This document shows, piece by piece, positions 28,229 through 41,061 of a stretch of DNA of 64,000 nucleotides (position 1 is the stretch's first letter; every line of letters starts with the position of its first letter). The DNA is taken from assembly GCA_965235115.1 (NCBI GenBank), contig OZ249436.1:17796001-17860000 (forward strand), written 5' to 3'. The DNA is from Laetmonice hystrix (lineage: Eukaryota). The notes beneath the pieces were generated by a model that had not been told where the DNA came from, did no database searches, and saw only the letters and a list, made by a program, of their open reading frames with translations. Both the position numbers and the translations under genes were made by a program.

Positions 28229-28705
28229 ACTCTGGAGACTTATCATGATTAATCAGTCCATTCAAATAATTATACTGCGCCTGATTTTTTGTTGCCATGG
28301 CAGGGATTAAACTGTTTTTATTTTTACAGCAGGCTGGAGGCTTACAAAAGCAGGGCTATGAGAGAAAGTTGATCCGGGTAGTCGAACTGTGCACACAGCG
28401 AGGTGTAATGTATGTAACCGCATTCCTGACGCTTTAACAGACGATCTCATTCATATTCAACGACCACGCTCATAATGATGAAGAATCACCAATTAAAGCA
28501 GACTCTAACAAAAGTCGTTGCGTGTTGCGGCATTTTGCTTCGCGATGAAAAAGGATTGGGTCAAGGTGAAGGTCGTGATGTCGGGGAGCATGCGCACGGG
28601 TGTCGGGTGAGGGTGAAGAGCGGTGGACGAGGCAGGTGGATTGGTTATGCAATGACGTCCTCCATACATACTAAAAGATAATCTCCTATGCGTGGTGAGA
28701 ACATC

Positions 28706-28936
28706 CAGGGCCAGATCCAGGATTTTTAAGGGGGGGGGGTGCAAAAACAGGTGAAAAAACACTTTATTACCAAGATACAAGATATTACATTTATATTTTG
28801 CTCCTTTGCCAACTAAAATAGCACTGTGCACTGTACATTGGGGCAATCTGGTGGAAATCTGGCTTTAGCATGTTCAGAATGTTTCTAGATTTCTAAGGGG
28901 GGTTGTACCCCCCTCCCCCCTCTGGATCCGGCCCTG
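28706..28936. mobile_element. 231-bp MITE with 15-bp TIRs and 5-bp TSD ACATC
   Basis: Left CAGGGCCAGATCCAG and right CTGGATCCGGCCCTG (14/15 inverted match); ACATC at both 28701-28705 and 28937-28941. Confidence 0.85.
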
Positions 28937-29379
28937 ACATCGGATGGACACATTCAGCAGACGTAGTGTATCCTGTCGTCAACACGTTTGGGCCCACTTT
29001 ACCACCAGGATTCCGCATAATTATTCCATGCATAGAGTAGTTTACACATTACAAATCAAACTAAAATTGAAAAAAAGACAAGCAAGCAGATCTGGGGTGT
29101 CGAGGGAAAAGGTGTTTTGGCAAGCTGTGCAGAGTTTGTTTTCAACCACGTACATGATTTGGATCAGGCCTCAAGGGATCCGTCTTACATAACTCACAGG
29201 ACGGTAAGGGCTACGATTAGCATTACCCACTTAACGGTAATCAGGGACGACAAGATGGCACAAATAGTGGCACAGGGTCTGAGGCCCAAGGCCCTTTTTG
29301 GGGGGTTTACTTGCTCATCAGAATTCCTATGTAATGTCGGTGTCATAACATTTTACCGACGTTTTACCGACGTCGTTCA

Positions 29380-29540
29380 GGGCGGAGTGTTGACGTCACT
29401 CGGGTTGAACCGGAAGCACGTGACTGGAGCCCAGCCCTGGGTGGTTGATTAAACACCGTCTGGGCGTCTCGATGACCTGCTACGTCAGCACGACTCGCAG
29501 CGTTCTGGTCTGAGGCCCAACTGGTCTATAAACCACGGCT
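29380..29540 (+). promoter_or_regulatory. Pol II promoter-like motif set (GC box, CRE, ETS, E-box, TATA)
   Basis: GGGCGGAG 29380, TGACGTCA 29391, CCGGAAG 29410, CACGTG 29417, TATAAA 29527. Confidence 0.35.
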
Positions 29541-29597
29541 GAATACACCAACCATGGTGCAGCTCACAATCCGTTATTGTAACAGTTCCATGAAATT

Positions 29598-32500
29598 AGA
29601 ACAGAAACTGAACAACATACCCTCACATAGGACTGGACGTTATAAAGGACACAAACTAAACAACGCATAGGTCTGGACGTTATAAAGGACAGAAACTGAA
29701 CAACATACCCTCACATAGGACTGGACGTTATAAAGGACAGAAACTAAACAACACATAGGACTGGACGTTATAAAGGGCAGAAACTGAACAACACATAGGA
29801 CTGGACGTTATAAAGGACAGCAACTGAACAACATACCCTCACATAGGACTGGACGTTATAAAGGACAGAAACTGAACAACATGCCCTCACATAGGACTGG
29901 ACGTTATAAAGGACAGAAACTGAACAACACATAGGACTGGACGTTATAAAGGGCAGAAACTGAACAACATACCCTCACATAGGACTGGACGTTATAAAGG
30001 ACAGAAACTGAACAACATACCCTCACATAGGACTGGACGTTATAAAGGACAGAAACTGAACAACATACCCTCACATAGGACTGGACGTTATAAAGAACAG
30101 AAACTGAACAACATACCCTCACATAGGACTGGACGTTATAAAGGACAGAAACTGAACAACATACCCTCACATAGGACTGGACGTTATAAAGAACAGAAAC
30201 TGAACAACATGTACCCTCACATAGGACTGGACGTTATAAAGGACAGAAACTAAACAACACATAGGACTGGACGTTATAAAGGGCAGAAACTGAACAACAC
30301 ATAGGTCTGGACGTTATAAAGGACAGAAACTGAACAACATACCCTCACATAGGACTGAACGTTATAAAGGGCAGAAACTGAACAACATACCCTCACATAG
30401 GACTGGACGTTATAAAGGACAGAAACTAAACAACACATAGGTCTGGACGTTATAAAGGACAGAAACTGAACAACATACCCTCACATAGGACTGGACGTTA
30501 TAAAGGACAGAAACTGAACAACATACCCTCACATAGGACTGGACGATATAAAGAACAGAAACTGAACAACATACCCTCACATAGGACTGGACGTTATAAA
30601 GGGCAGAAACTGAACAACACTTAGGACTGGACGTTATATAAAGGACAGAAACTGAACAACATACCCTCACATAGGACTGGACGTTTTAAAGGACAGCAAC
30701 TGAACAACATACCCTCACATAGGACTGGACGTTATAAAGGGCAGAAACTGAACAACATACCCTCACATAGGACTGAACGTTATAAAGGGCAGAAACTGAA
30801 CAACATACCCTCACATAGGACTGGACGTTATAAAGGGCAGAAACTGAACAACATACCCTCACATAGGACTGGACGTTATAAAGGACACAAACTAAACAAC
30901 GCATAGGTCTGGACGTTATAAAGGACAGAAACTGAACAACATACCCTCACATAGGACTGGACGTTATAAAGGACAGAAACTAAACAACACATAGGACTGG
31001 ACGTTATAAAGGGCAGAAACTGAACAACACATAGGACTGGACGTTATAAAGGACAGCAACTGAACAACATACCCTCACATAGGACTGGACGTTATAAAGG
31101 ACAGAAACTGAACAACATGCCCTCACATAGGACTGGACGTTATATAAAGGACAGAAACTGAACAACACATAGGACTGGACGTTATAAAGGGCAGAAACTG
31201 AACAACATACCCTCACATAGGACTGGACGTTATAAAGGACAGAAACTGAACAACATACCCTCACATAGGACTGGACGTTATAAAGGACAGAAACTGAACA
31301 ACATACCCTCACATAGGACTGGACGTTATAAAGGGCAGAAACTGAACAACACTTAGGACTGGACGTTATATAAAGGACAGAAACTGAACAACATACCCTC
31401 ACATAGGACTGGACGTTTTAAAGGACAGCAACTGAACAACATACCCTCACATAGGACTGGACGTTATAAAGGGCAGAAACTGAACAACATACCCTCACAT
31501 AGGACTGAACGTTATAAAGGGCAGAAACTGAACAACATACCCTCACATAGGACTGGACGTTATAAAGGGCAGAAACTGAACAACATACCCTCACATAGGA
31601 CTGGACGTTATAAAGGACACAAACTAAACAACGCATAGGTCTGGACGTTATAAAGGACAGAAACTGAACAACATACCCTCACATAGGACTGGACGTTATA
31701 AAGGACAGAAACTAAACAACACATAGGACTGGACGTTATAAAGGGCAGAAACTGAACAACACATAGGACTGGACGTTATAAAGGACAGCAACTGAACAAC
31801 ATACCCTCACATAGGACTGGACGTTATAAAGGACAGAAACTGAACAACATGCCCTCACATAGGACTGGACGTTATATAAAGGACAGAGACTGAACAACAC
31901 ATAGGACTGGACGTTATAAAGGGCAGAAACTGAACAACATACCCTCACATAGGACTGGACGTTATAAAGGACAGAAACTGAACAACATACCCTCACATAG
32001 GACTGGACGTTATAAAGGACAGAAACTGAACAACATACCCTCACATAGGACTGGACGTTATAAAGAACAGAAACTGAACAACATACCCTCACATAGGACT
32101 GGACGTTATAAAGGACAGAAACTGAACAACATACCCTCACATAGGACTGGACGTTATAAAGAACAGAAACTGAACAACATACCCTCACATAGGACTGGAC
32201 GTTATAAAGGACAGAAACTAAACAACACATAGGACTGGACGTTATAAAGGGCAGAAACTGAACAACACATAGGTCTGAACGTTATAAAGGACAGAAACTG
32301 AACAACATACCCTCACATAGGACTGAACGTTATAAAGGGCAGAAACTGAACAACATACCCTCACATAGGACTGGACGTTATAAAGGACAGAAACTAAACA
32401 ACACGTAGGTCTGGACGTTATAAAGGACAGAAACTGAACAACATACCCTCACATAGGACTGGACGTTATAAAGGACAGAAACTGAACAACATACCCTCAC

Positions 32501-33065
32501 ATAGGACTGGACGATATAAAGAACAGAAACTGAACAACATACCCTCACATAGGACTGGACGTTATAAAGGACAGCAACTGAACAACATACCCTCACATAG
32601 GACTGGACGTTATAAAGGGCAGAAACTGAACAACATACCCTCACATAGGACTGGACGTTATAAAGGGCAGAAACTGAACAACACTTAGGACTGGACGTTA
32701 TATAAAGGACAGAAACTGAACAACATACCCTCACATAGGACTGGACGTTTTAAAGGACAGCAACTGAACAACATACCCTCACATAGGACTGGACGTTATA
32801 AAGGGCAGAAACTGAACAACATACCCTCACATAGGACTGAACGTTATAAAGGGCAGAAACTGAACAACATACCCTCACATAGGACTGGACGTTATAAAGG
32901 GCAGAAACTGAACAACATACCCTCACATAGGACTGGACGTTATAAACGGCAGAAACTGAACAACATACCCTCACATAGGACTGGACGTTATAAAGGGCAG
33001 AAACTGAACAACACATAGGTCTGGACGTTATAAAGGGCAGAAACTGAACAACATACCCTTACATA
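29598..33065. repeat. ~3.5-kb satellite of 48-bp and 39-bp units (~75 copies) with higher-order duplications
   Basis: Unit CATAGGACTGGACGTTATAAAGGACAGAAACTGAACAACATACCCTCA; the short variant lacks 9 bp. Confidence 0.98.
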
Positions 33066-33821
33066 TGCTCCTGCAAGTAAATAAGATTATTTTATTACTG
33101 CCGTGATTTCTTTGTCGTGATTGGTCACTTTAGCACCATGTGATCACGAAAGAAATTTTCCCGATGGACGGAATATAAATGTGTACTTTCAGATAAAATA
33201 AAGAACACCCCGAGAGTGCTTCGTCTGCCGTTCTTTATAGACCATAGGGAGTCCGTGATAACTGTTTTGAAGACCCCATTATCGCCCCCTTTGGTTGTCA
33301 TAGAGACAGCTCTCAGCCAGTCGTCGCTCCGTGAGAACCGTTCAGTCCACAGTCTCCTCTCTGTTTTAGACGCTGGTCGTTGATGTAATATGCCCTGAGC
33401 AAACGCAGTCCATATGAATAAACGCACGGGAAGTGAGACCTTGCGGATCGGAGCACGGAAATTGAGAAACTCGGCTTGGAGACTTTCAAATAGAGGCTGA
33501 GTTTCCGGTCGCTTGGCTCATTGTTTAGAAGCTCGTTCTCGGTCGAAGTATTGAGGCCACCACTCAATATTTGCATAACTTGATTGTTATATGCGGTTTA
33601 GTTCTTTTGTATGCAGCAATTCTCATCGAAATGCAAACGGGAGAGTATTGGATTAACTTAAGCATATTGTCTGCTGTGTGAAGTGATGCCTGATTATGGT
33701 GACTGGATAACGTGACTGGAAGCAAGCCTTTCTCACTTGGGCTGCACGCAGATATATTTCAATACAGGCATCAACCTCAGGAACGGTCAGTGTCTAGGAC
33801 AAAGCCTAAACATTTCAACAA

Positions 33822-33922
33822 GGGAGGGAGGGAGAGAGGGAGGGGGGAAAGAGGGAGGGAGGGAGGGAGGGAGGGAGGGAGGGAGGGAGGGAGGGAGGGA
33901 GGGAGGGAGGGAGGGAGGGAGG
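33822..33922. repeat. (GGGA)n microsatellite
   Basis: Direct inspection. Confidence 0.97.
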
Positions 33923-36852
33923 ACACCTGTGAATACAAACAATTAGTTCACAAAAAGGTTTTGAACTGCTCCGGTAAATTTCAAGGAGTATACATTTTTT
34001 CTGTCTGCACCCAGTTCTATACTTTCCACCGTGTGCTAACATTTTTAAACGTTTTTATTACGTTACTTACCCATTCCTGTAGGTAAAAAACCCGCGTGCT
34101 GCAGGAATTGCTCACAATGGGTTCGTATGAGGCGGGTGACAATGATGAGGGTGGGAGACCGCACCCCTTCCTTGATCTCCTTATCCTGTGTCTCCGGCAC
34201 GGTATCATTCCCGGTCATGGCAAGCCCCCCCCCCCCCTCCCACGCCGCCCCCACCAGGCCCAGGATCCCATTAGGCCCTCCCTACGCGTCGTTAGCAGCG
34301 CACACTACAAAAAGCACACTCGGGAAATACTTCCGACTCGGCCAGTGGCCGCTGAGCGAACGTGGCGCGATAGAAAACGAGCGTTCGTAGAGTGTGATAA
34401 ATCGGTCGGTTTCAAAGACCGACGCATGTCGTTTCTCATATTTTTCTTTTAGCGACGACATGGCAAACGTTCCTACCAATAAGTGGGTCAACAGCTTCAT
34501 GATCACGTGATTACAACACGTTCACGTATCTTCCATCCTCACAAGGGCTTTCCTTTGGAAACTTTTGTTTCCTTTTCTCTGTGTGTCTAATTAAGTAAAC
34601 CGCGTACGTTCGTGATTCATGCTGCAAGGACATGACTGTTGGCACGTTTGCTGTACGGGATGCTCTTGTGACGTCATAAGTGATGTGGATACACAACTAC
34701 GTGACGCTTTAGTGTCACGTGATGCTTATGACAGGCCCCCGGATGGACAAGTCAGTCCCTTCCCCAACAACTGCCTTCAGTCGTACCGTGCACTATAAAA
34801 AATGTCAGAGCATCGCGCATCCTGCATTCTACCCCTTGAGCTCAGCCCAGGCTAAACTGCCGGAAGTTGACCTTGAGGTCAAGCTTATGAATATTAATAG
34901 GGCCTGGCATCGTCGTCATAGACTCACCACCCACACTAAACGGTCCTCACCAAAGGCTTACTTCTCGCAAAAATGCCTGATAGCCTTGCCTAGTTCGCTG
35001 TTAAACCAATGTGTCCCTCCTTAACAATAGGCCTACAGTTTGTATCACTCTGACTGTCTTGATACGGGTTTAACACGCGAAATTCCAAAGTTTAACTCCC
35101 CTGATTTCAGCATCGTCGCTTCGCACTGTCATCCAAACATTGGCCTGGTCGGCCCGGTGTTGCAGGCGCTGGCTGTCGGTCTCGGCCTCTGCCGTGCCCG
35201 TGGGTTAAGGTTATAGGTCGGGATAGGGTTATAGTTATAGTGTGTGTTCTTGCAGCCCTGTCAACTCAAAGTTGTTCCTCCCACTGTCACTAGTGTCAGG
35301 ATTAAATGCCTACCCGTTGCTGCTATCGTTGGCTTCGCCATATTGCTTTAACAACAATAACTTTACTAGGGACTTTCCTATTGGCTAACCAGAAATGCAC
35401 GCTAATTTTTATGAATCGCGCCTCAGGCAGTGCTATGATCTGATTGGTGCTTGCGGGTACTGAAAGTAGGTGGAAAAACAGATGGCGCTGCGAAGTACGC
35501 GCTTCTGAGAATAGGCGGACAGTCGTGAGGCGGGGGGGGGGGATCACTGGAAGCGGTTCAACCCCTAGTGTGGGAGGATGGATAATACTGTGAAAAAAAG
35601 AGAGGGGGGGGGGGGTTGGGCCTGTGCGGTGAGCGGCTGTGGTTTTATCACTGAGTGGGTATGGGTCGGGTCGAGGGTGGACCGGTTTTAAAGCTTGCCT
35701 TTTTACGGCACGATTTACGACACCTGGAGCGTCCATAAATTGAGGCGCTCAAAAGGCCCTTTAACTGGCTCTGTCATACATCACCCGAATTAGGGATATC
35801 CTCGACTTCCCGGCAATAGTTGTTATTATGGGCAGCTACTATCGCCAGTCGGTTTTGAAGTGAAGCCTGAAGGGTTGACTCAAGCGACCCGCCTCCGATA
35901 CAGCCCGGACCACAAACACTCACCCCGTCCCTATGGCTCCATGCTCCTGCCCAGTGTACGTCCAACCTGATTTAGTCCGCTCTCTAAATTGTGCATTTGC
36001 ACGCGCACGCACGCGATATTGGCTTTAAAATATGAATAAATCGACCCAAGGACACAAAATGATAGCTCTATTCTGTAACCTGGACTACCTTTTTTTTTAT
36101 AGTGTACACGAAGTTAGTTGCCCAGCCTGCCCCGATGTCGTGATTTTACCCCGGTAAATGTTCCCCGCATGCCCTGCGGTAATCATCGCCTGGGTCCCCT
36201 CACAGCATACCCGTCCTCTCTGCGGGCTGCCCGATCTAAATCACCATTTCCACACACTACTAGTTGGCGCACTAACTTGGTGGTCAATTCGTTCAGCGAT
36301 GCTTTTAAGTTATATTACACCATGGGGTACCCTGGCATCATCAGCTATAATTACTCAGTGTATAATAAATAATTCAAACAATAAGCCGTTTAGAAATCTG
36401 TCGTATTTAATAACACAACCAGGGAGCAAGCACTAAGCTTAATCAGGACGCACTTTAGGAAGAGTTTGGACTCTAAGCTATTATATACATATGATATCCC
36501 ATATAGACATGTACACATCACATGATTCTCCTAAAGTGTGGGGTTAGTCTTGGGATGGCGGAAAAATGAGCTTTTGCTTCACAAAGAGTGTATGACAAGA
36601 CGTATTTGTTCAGGAGTTTCATGTCGGCAGCTATCTACATTACGCAGTAAAAACAGTTCCCTTTCAAATCATGGGCTCTCAGCTCAGATTATGAGACCAT
36701 AGAGTTGAGTGCTCAACTGCTTATAAGTTAGGAAGATCACCCACTTCTTCCCTGCATACATTTGACGGGAAACTGTTGTCACCTCCACACAGACACGGGT
36801 GTCGCCAGTTACCTCAGTATTACTGTAGCCCGATTTCTGTAAATAAATCCCG

Positions 36853-37425
36853 GCTTGTCCAGTACCCGCGACAAGTCCTTAGTCCCACACACAGACTTGT
36901 CCAGTATACCCTCCACAAGTCCTTAGTCCCCCACACAGACTTGTCCAGTATACCCTCGACAAGTCCTAAGTCCCCCACACAGACTTGTCCAGTACCCTCG
37001 ACAAGTCCTTAGTCCCCCACACAGACTTGTCCAGTATACCCTCGACAAGCCCTTAGTCCCCCACACAGACTTGTCCAGTATACCCTCGACAAGTCCTTAG
37101 TCCCCCACACAGACTTGTCCAGTATACCCTCGACAAGCCCTTAGTCCTCCACACAGACTTGTCCAGTATAGGCCTACCCTCGACAAGTCCTAAGTACCCT
37201 ACACAGACTTGTCCAGAACCCTCGACAGGTCCTTAGTCCCCCACACAGACTTGTCCAGTATACCCTCGACAAGTCCTAAGTCCCCCACACAGACTTGTCC
37301 AGTATGCCCTCGACAAGTCCTTAGCCCCCCCCCCCCCCACAGACTTGTCCAGTACCCTCGACAAGCCCTTAGTCCCCCACACAGACTTGTCCAATAACCT
37401 CCACAAGTCCTTAGTCCCCCACACA
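36853..37425. repeat. ~42-44-bp minisatellite, ~13 copies, with internal inverted repeat GACTTGTC...GACAAGTC
   Basis: Unit TTAGTCCCCCACACAGACTTGTCCAGTATACCCTCGACAAGTCC. Confidence 0.96.
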
Positions 37426-39979
37426 CCGTGCCTAAGCTGACCTATGGCTAGTCTCGCCTGTCGACCCCGGGTTTTCTCGCACCACGTGACACTGTACGAG
37501 AGCTGGTCGCCTGCCAGGCTCAGAGTGCCTGCAGCGACTGATAATGTAAATATTTAAAAGAACCATTACACAATTGGCCGCTCTGATGACCCGAGCACGT
37601 CATGGCGTGGTCAGGGAGGTAAGTGGCCAGGTAGGGCGGCATATGGAGTAGATCTACACCCGTAAAGGTTGACGTCCACAGAGTGGACAGTCTGCCTTTA
37701 ACTACATATCTCCGCAAACACACGGGTCATCTGCTGGCTAATCAGGTCAGCTGAGGTCATCAACCGCTTCACCTTACGTCTTGCTCACGTGACTATAACG
37801 TGAGGTTTGATTGGTCGGTCAGCATGCGTTACTGTCTGGTGTAAGTACGAACCGAGCCTTTCGTAAGTGCGCACACAAAGATACCAGAGTTTAAGTTGTA
37901 AAAATGTTACGAGCCCCCGACTCAGCCTTCCAGACAGATATAAATTACCAAAAGAATGGATACATATCAGCATTTCCTAATTTTAATTTGAAAAAAGAAA
38001 AATCGTTTAAGGTTGTAAAAACATCAATGTGTCTTGATCCATGCAATGGCGTGAAGTTACAATGCTTGCCGACCTACCCTCGGGGTTGTGAAAACACGTT
38101 TGAACGTAGAGCTAAAAACAATATGCCAGACATCTGCAGTGTAGGAATGTACAGTAGGCCCTATCTACTACATCTGCACGGATGGTTCTATGTCGACACG
38201 ACAGCAATGGTCAAAAGTTAAGGACAGTTCCTACTTATTCTCCAGAATAGACAATTGTCAGACGTTGAGGCATGTAGTTGCACTCAGTTTACAGACTGGT
38301 CAATGGTCTAAACTTGAGGAGAGTTGATTCAGAATGGACCCTCCAGTTGCTTCTATTTGACCTGTACGTCCATCTGAGCCTTGATTGGTCGAGAATGAAC
38401 GGATGTTGGCGATCGTGCCTGCGCATGTCAAGTACCGACTTGTCTGAGGGATCGTGTCATAATCAGCCTCTTCATGAGATTTCCCTCGCCCACAGGATAA
38501 TTAATTACAACCATCTATTTACACTGCACCATTACCTAGTTTCTTACCGAGCCGAGAAACGGTCATTTGCACCGTGTTTGGCGAGGATTCTGCCCGGGAG
38601 TGAATCAACCCGTTTCTCGTTTCATGTCCCCACTGACCGCCACCTGTGGGCGCCAGATCACATTCCGATCATCATGACGTCATCATGACGTCATCTGAAC
38701 CGTTCTGAGACGCCAGTGAGGCGTTCCTCGGTGTTACCTTTCACCAATATCGCCAACTGTTGCTAATGCTTCGCTACTTGGCGCAGTGGCGATTCACTAA
38801 GAACTCTCGCAAAATGATGTTTGCGAAATCGGCCATCTTTGATGGCGAGACCTCAAAGCACACCCAGTATTCACTTGACTTGTTAAAAGCTACACTTTCA
38901 TACGGCAACCTTCGATCTTTCACTTTCGTCATTTTGCTCTTCGCCAGTCACGCCAAACTAGACAGGTATCCATGCCACACTAGAGGAGAGGTAGATATAA
39001 CTTCTGACATTTAGAGTAAAACGAACCGCATGTCGCCCCCCCCCGCCAGGTGGCTCCCGGGGAGAATGCCGTCTCAACGTCTTCCTGTCGTTCTGGTCAC
39101 GTGACATTCCTCCAGATCGAGGCTGTCATCTGAAAGGCAGGCGGAGTGACTGCTACTCAGGAAAGTCATACATAAAGACATTAAGGAAACATGTAAGACT
39201 ATTTCATAAAACGGAAGATGTCGAAGATAATTTCCAATATACCATGTCTGTATTTATCCCAAGGGGACCGAAACCTTGTGCAGGCAGACTCTAACCATCT
39301 CTGACGTTTATTTTAGCGAGCCGTTATCGCCGTGGCTGTGCGAGCCTCGGTTTCAATCCGTCATGACGTTGTTCGATCGCAGTGCCTCATCACCCGCGGA
39401 GTTCGTCAACTGGGACGAGAAGTGCCTTTTCCCGACAGCCTCGTCCGCCAATATCTCCAGGAGGGGGTGCCACGAGCCTCGTTCTGGTGCAGAGATGTTA
39501 TCCCGAGGCGGACGTCAGGGAGAATATCACGGATCTCTGAGTAAACCGGCTCAGAGCTCAGGTCGGTGCATGCATCATAATTCTGGCATTAACCTCCCAT
39601 AGGTCTGCCCTTATACACGGTGACACATCCCTTGGCTCTTCACCTCCCCGCCCTGCTGGCCACACTGACACCATGGCAAACTGTCCTTTAGTTTCCTAGA
39701 AGTCCCTTCATTAGTCTGGTGAATGCAATACCAACCTTTTATTGTGACCCACAGATCCCTTAGTATTTCAGAAGTCAGTTTATGGTCTGACAGCCCTTTT
39801 TAACAGTCTATAGATGAAAAAGAACAACTAGTGTCCTAGTCCTAGCAGATCTTCATTTTGTCGCTCAACAGTTCGTTTATGACATCCAGTTTGTAAAACA
39901 CAGTAAAACACAAGTTGGTATCCGACCTTCCCACCTTGAGAGTGTCCTGCAAGCCTGCTCCAGAGTCGGGCCAGTGCTA

Positions 39980-40157
39980 GGCCCCTGCTGACAGGCTGGC
40001 CCCTGCTGGCGGGCTGGGCCCCTGCTGACAGGCTGGCCCCTGCTGGCGGGCTGGCCCCTGCTGACAGGCTGGGCCCCTGCTGGCGGGCTGGCCCTTGCTG
40101 ACAGGCTGGGCCCCTGCTGGCGGGCTGCCCCTGCTGACAGGTTGGGCCCCTGCTGGC
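39980..40157. repeat. ~19-20-bp GC-rich minisatellite with alternating variants
   Basis: GGCCCCTGCTGACAGGCTG alternates with GGCCCCTGCTGGCGGGCTG. Confidence 0.95.
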
Positions 40158-40311
40158 AGGAACCCCAGTGGCGATAGAAGGCTACTGAAAAAAAGGTAGG
40201 CGGGTTACTTGAAGTTAAAAAGTTGAATGGATTCATTTCGTTTGAGACCATGCGGGTTTTATCAGGAGATTTGCAGCCACACCCTACGTGGTCTTGTATA
40301 AGAGAAAGGTG

Positions 40312-41061
40312 ACGATACCGGCTTACAGTAAACCAATAACTGAGACTGGCCTACAGCAAACCATTAACTGACACCGGCTTACAGTAAACCAGTACCTGAC
40401 ACCGACTTACAGTAAATCAGTAACTGATACCGGCTTACAGTAAACCAATAACTGAGACTGGCTTACAGTAAACCAGTAACTGACACCGGCTTACAGTAAA
40501 TCAGTAACTGATACCGGCTTACAGTAAACCATTAACTGACACCGGCTTACAGTAAACCAGTACCTGACACCGACTTACAGTAAACCAGTAACTGATACCG
40601 GCTTACAGTAAACCATTAACTGATACCGGCTTACAGTAAACCAGTAACTGACACCGGCTTACAGTAAACCAATAACTGATACCGGCTTACAGTAAACCAG
40701 TAACTGATACCGGCTTACAGTAAACCAATAACTGATACCGGCTTACAGTTAACCAGTAACTGATACCGGCTTATAGTAAACCAGTAACTGACACTGGCTT
40801 ACAGTAAACCAGTAACTGACACTGGCTTACAGTAAACCAATAACTGATACCGGCTTACAGTAAACCAATAACTGATACCGGCTTATAGTAAACCAGTAAC
40901 TGACACTGGCTTACAGTAAACCAATAACTGAGACTGGCTTACAGTAAACCAGTAACTGATACCGGCTTACAGTAAACCAATAACTGACACCGGCTTACAG
41001 TAAACCAGTAACTGACACCGGCTTATAGTAAACCAGTAACTGACACTGGCTTACAGTAAAC
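40312..41061. repeat. 28-bp minisatellite, ~27 copies
   Basis: Unit ACTGATACCGGCTTACAGTAAACCAGTA. Confidence 0.97.

Noticed and set aside
28066..28248. Poly-Glu/poly-Asn ORF
   Set aside because: Simple (GAA)/(AAC) microsatellite.
33125..33576. Overlapping ORFs and a GAAGCTCGT match to the miR-993 5' end
   Set aside because: The match ends after ~9 nt with no hairpin, and the ORFs have no recognisable homology.
36853..37425. CRISPR-like array (palindromic repeats at regular spacing)
   Set aside because: The intervening sequences are the same in each unit rather than unique spacers, there are no cas genes, and the context is eukaryotic. The same applies to the other arrays.
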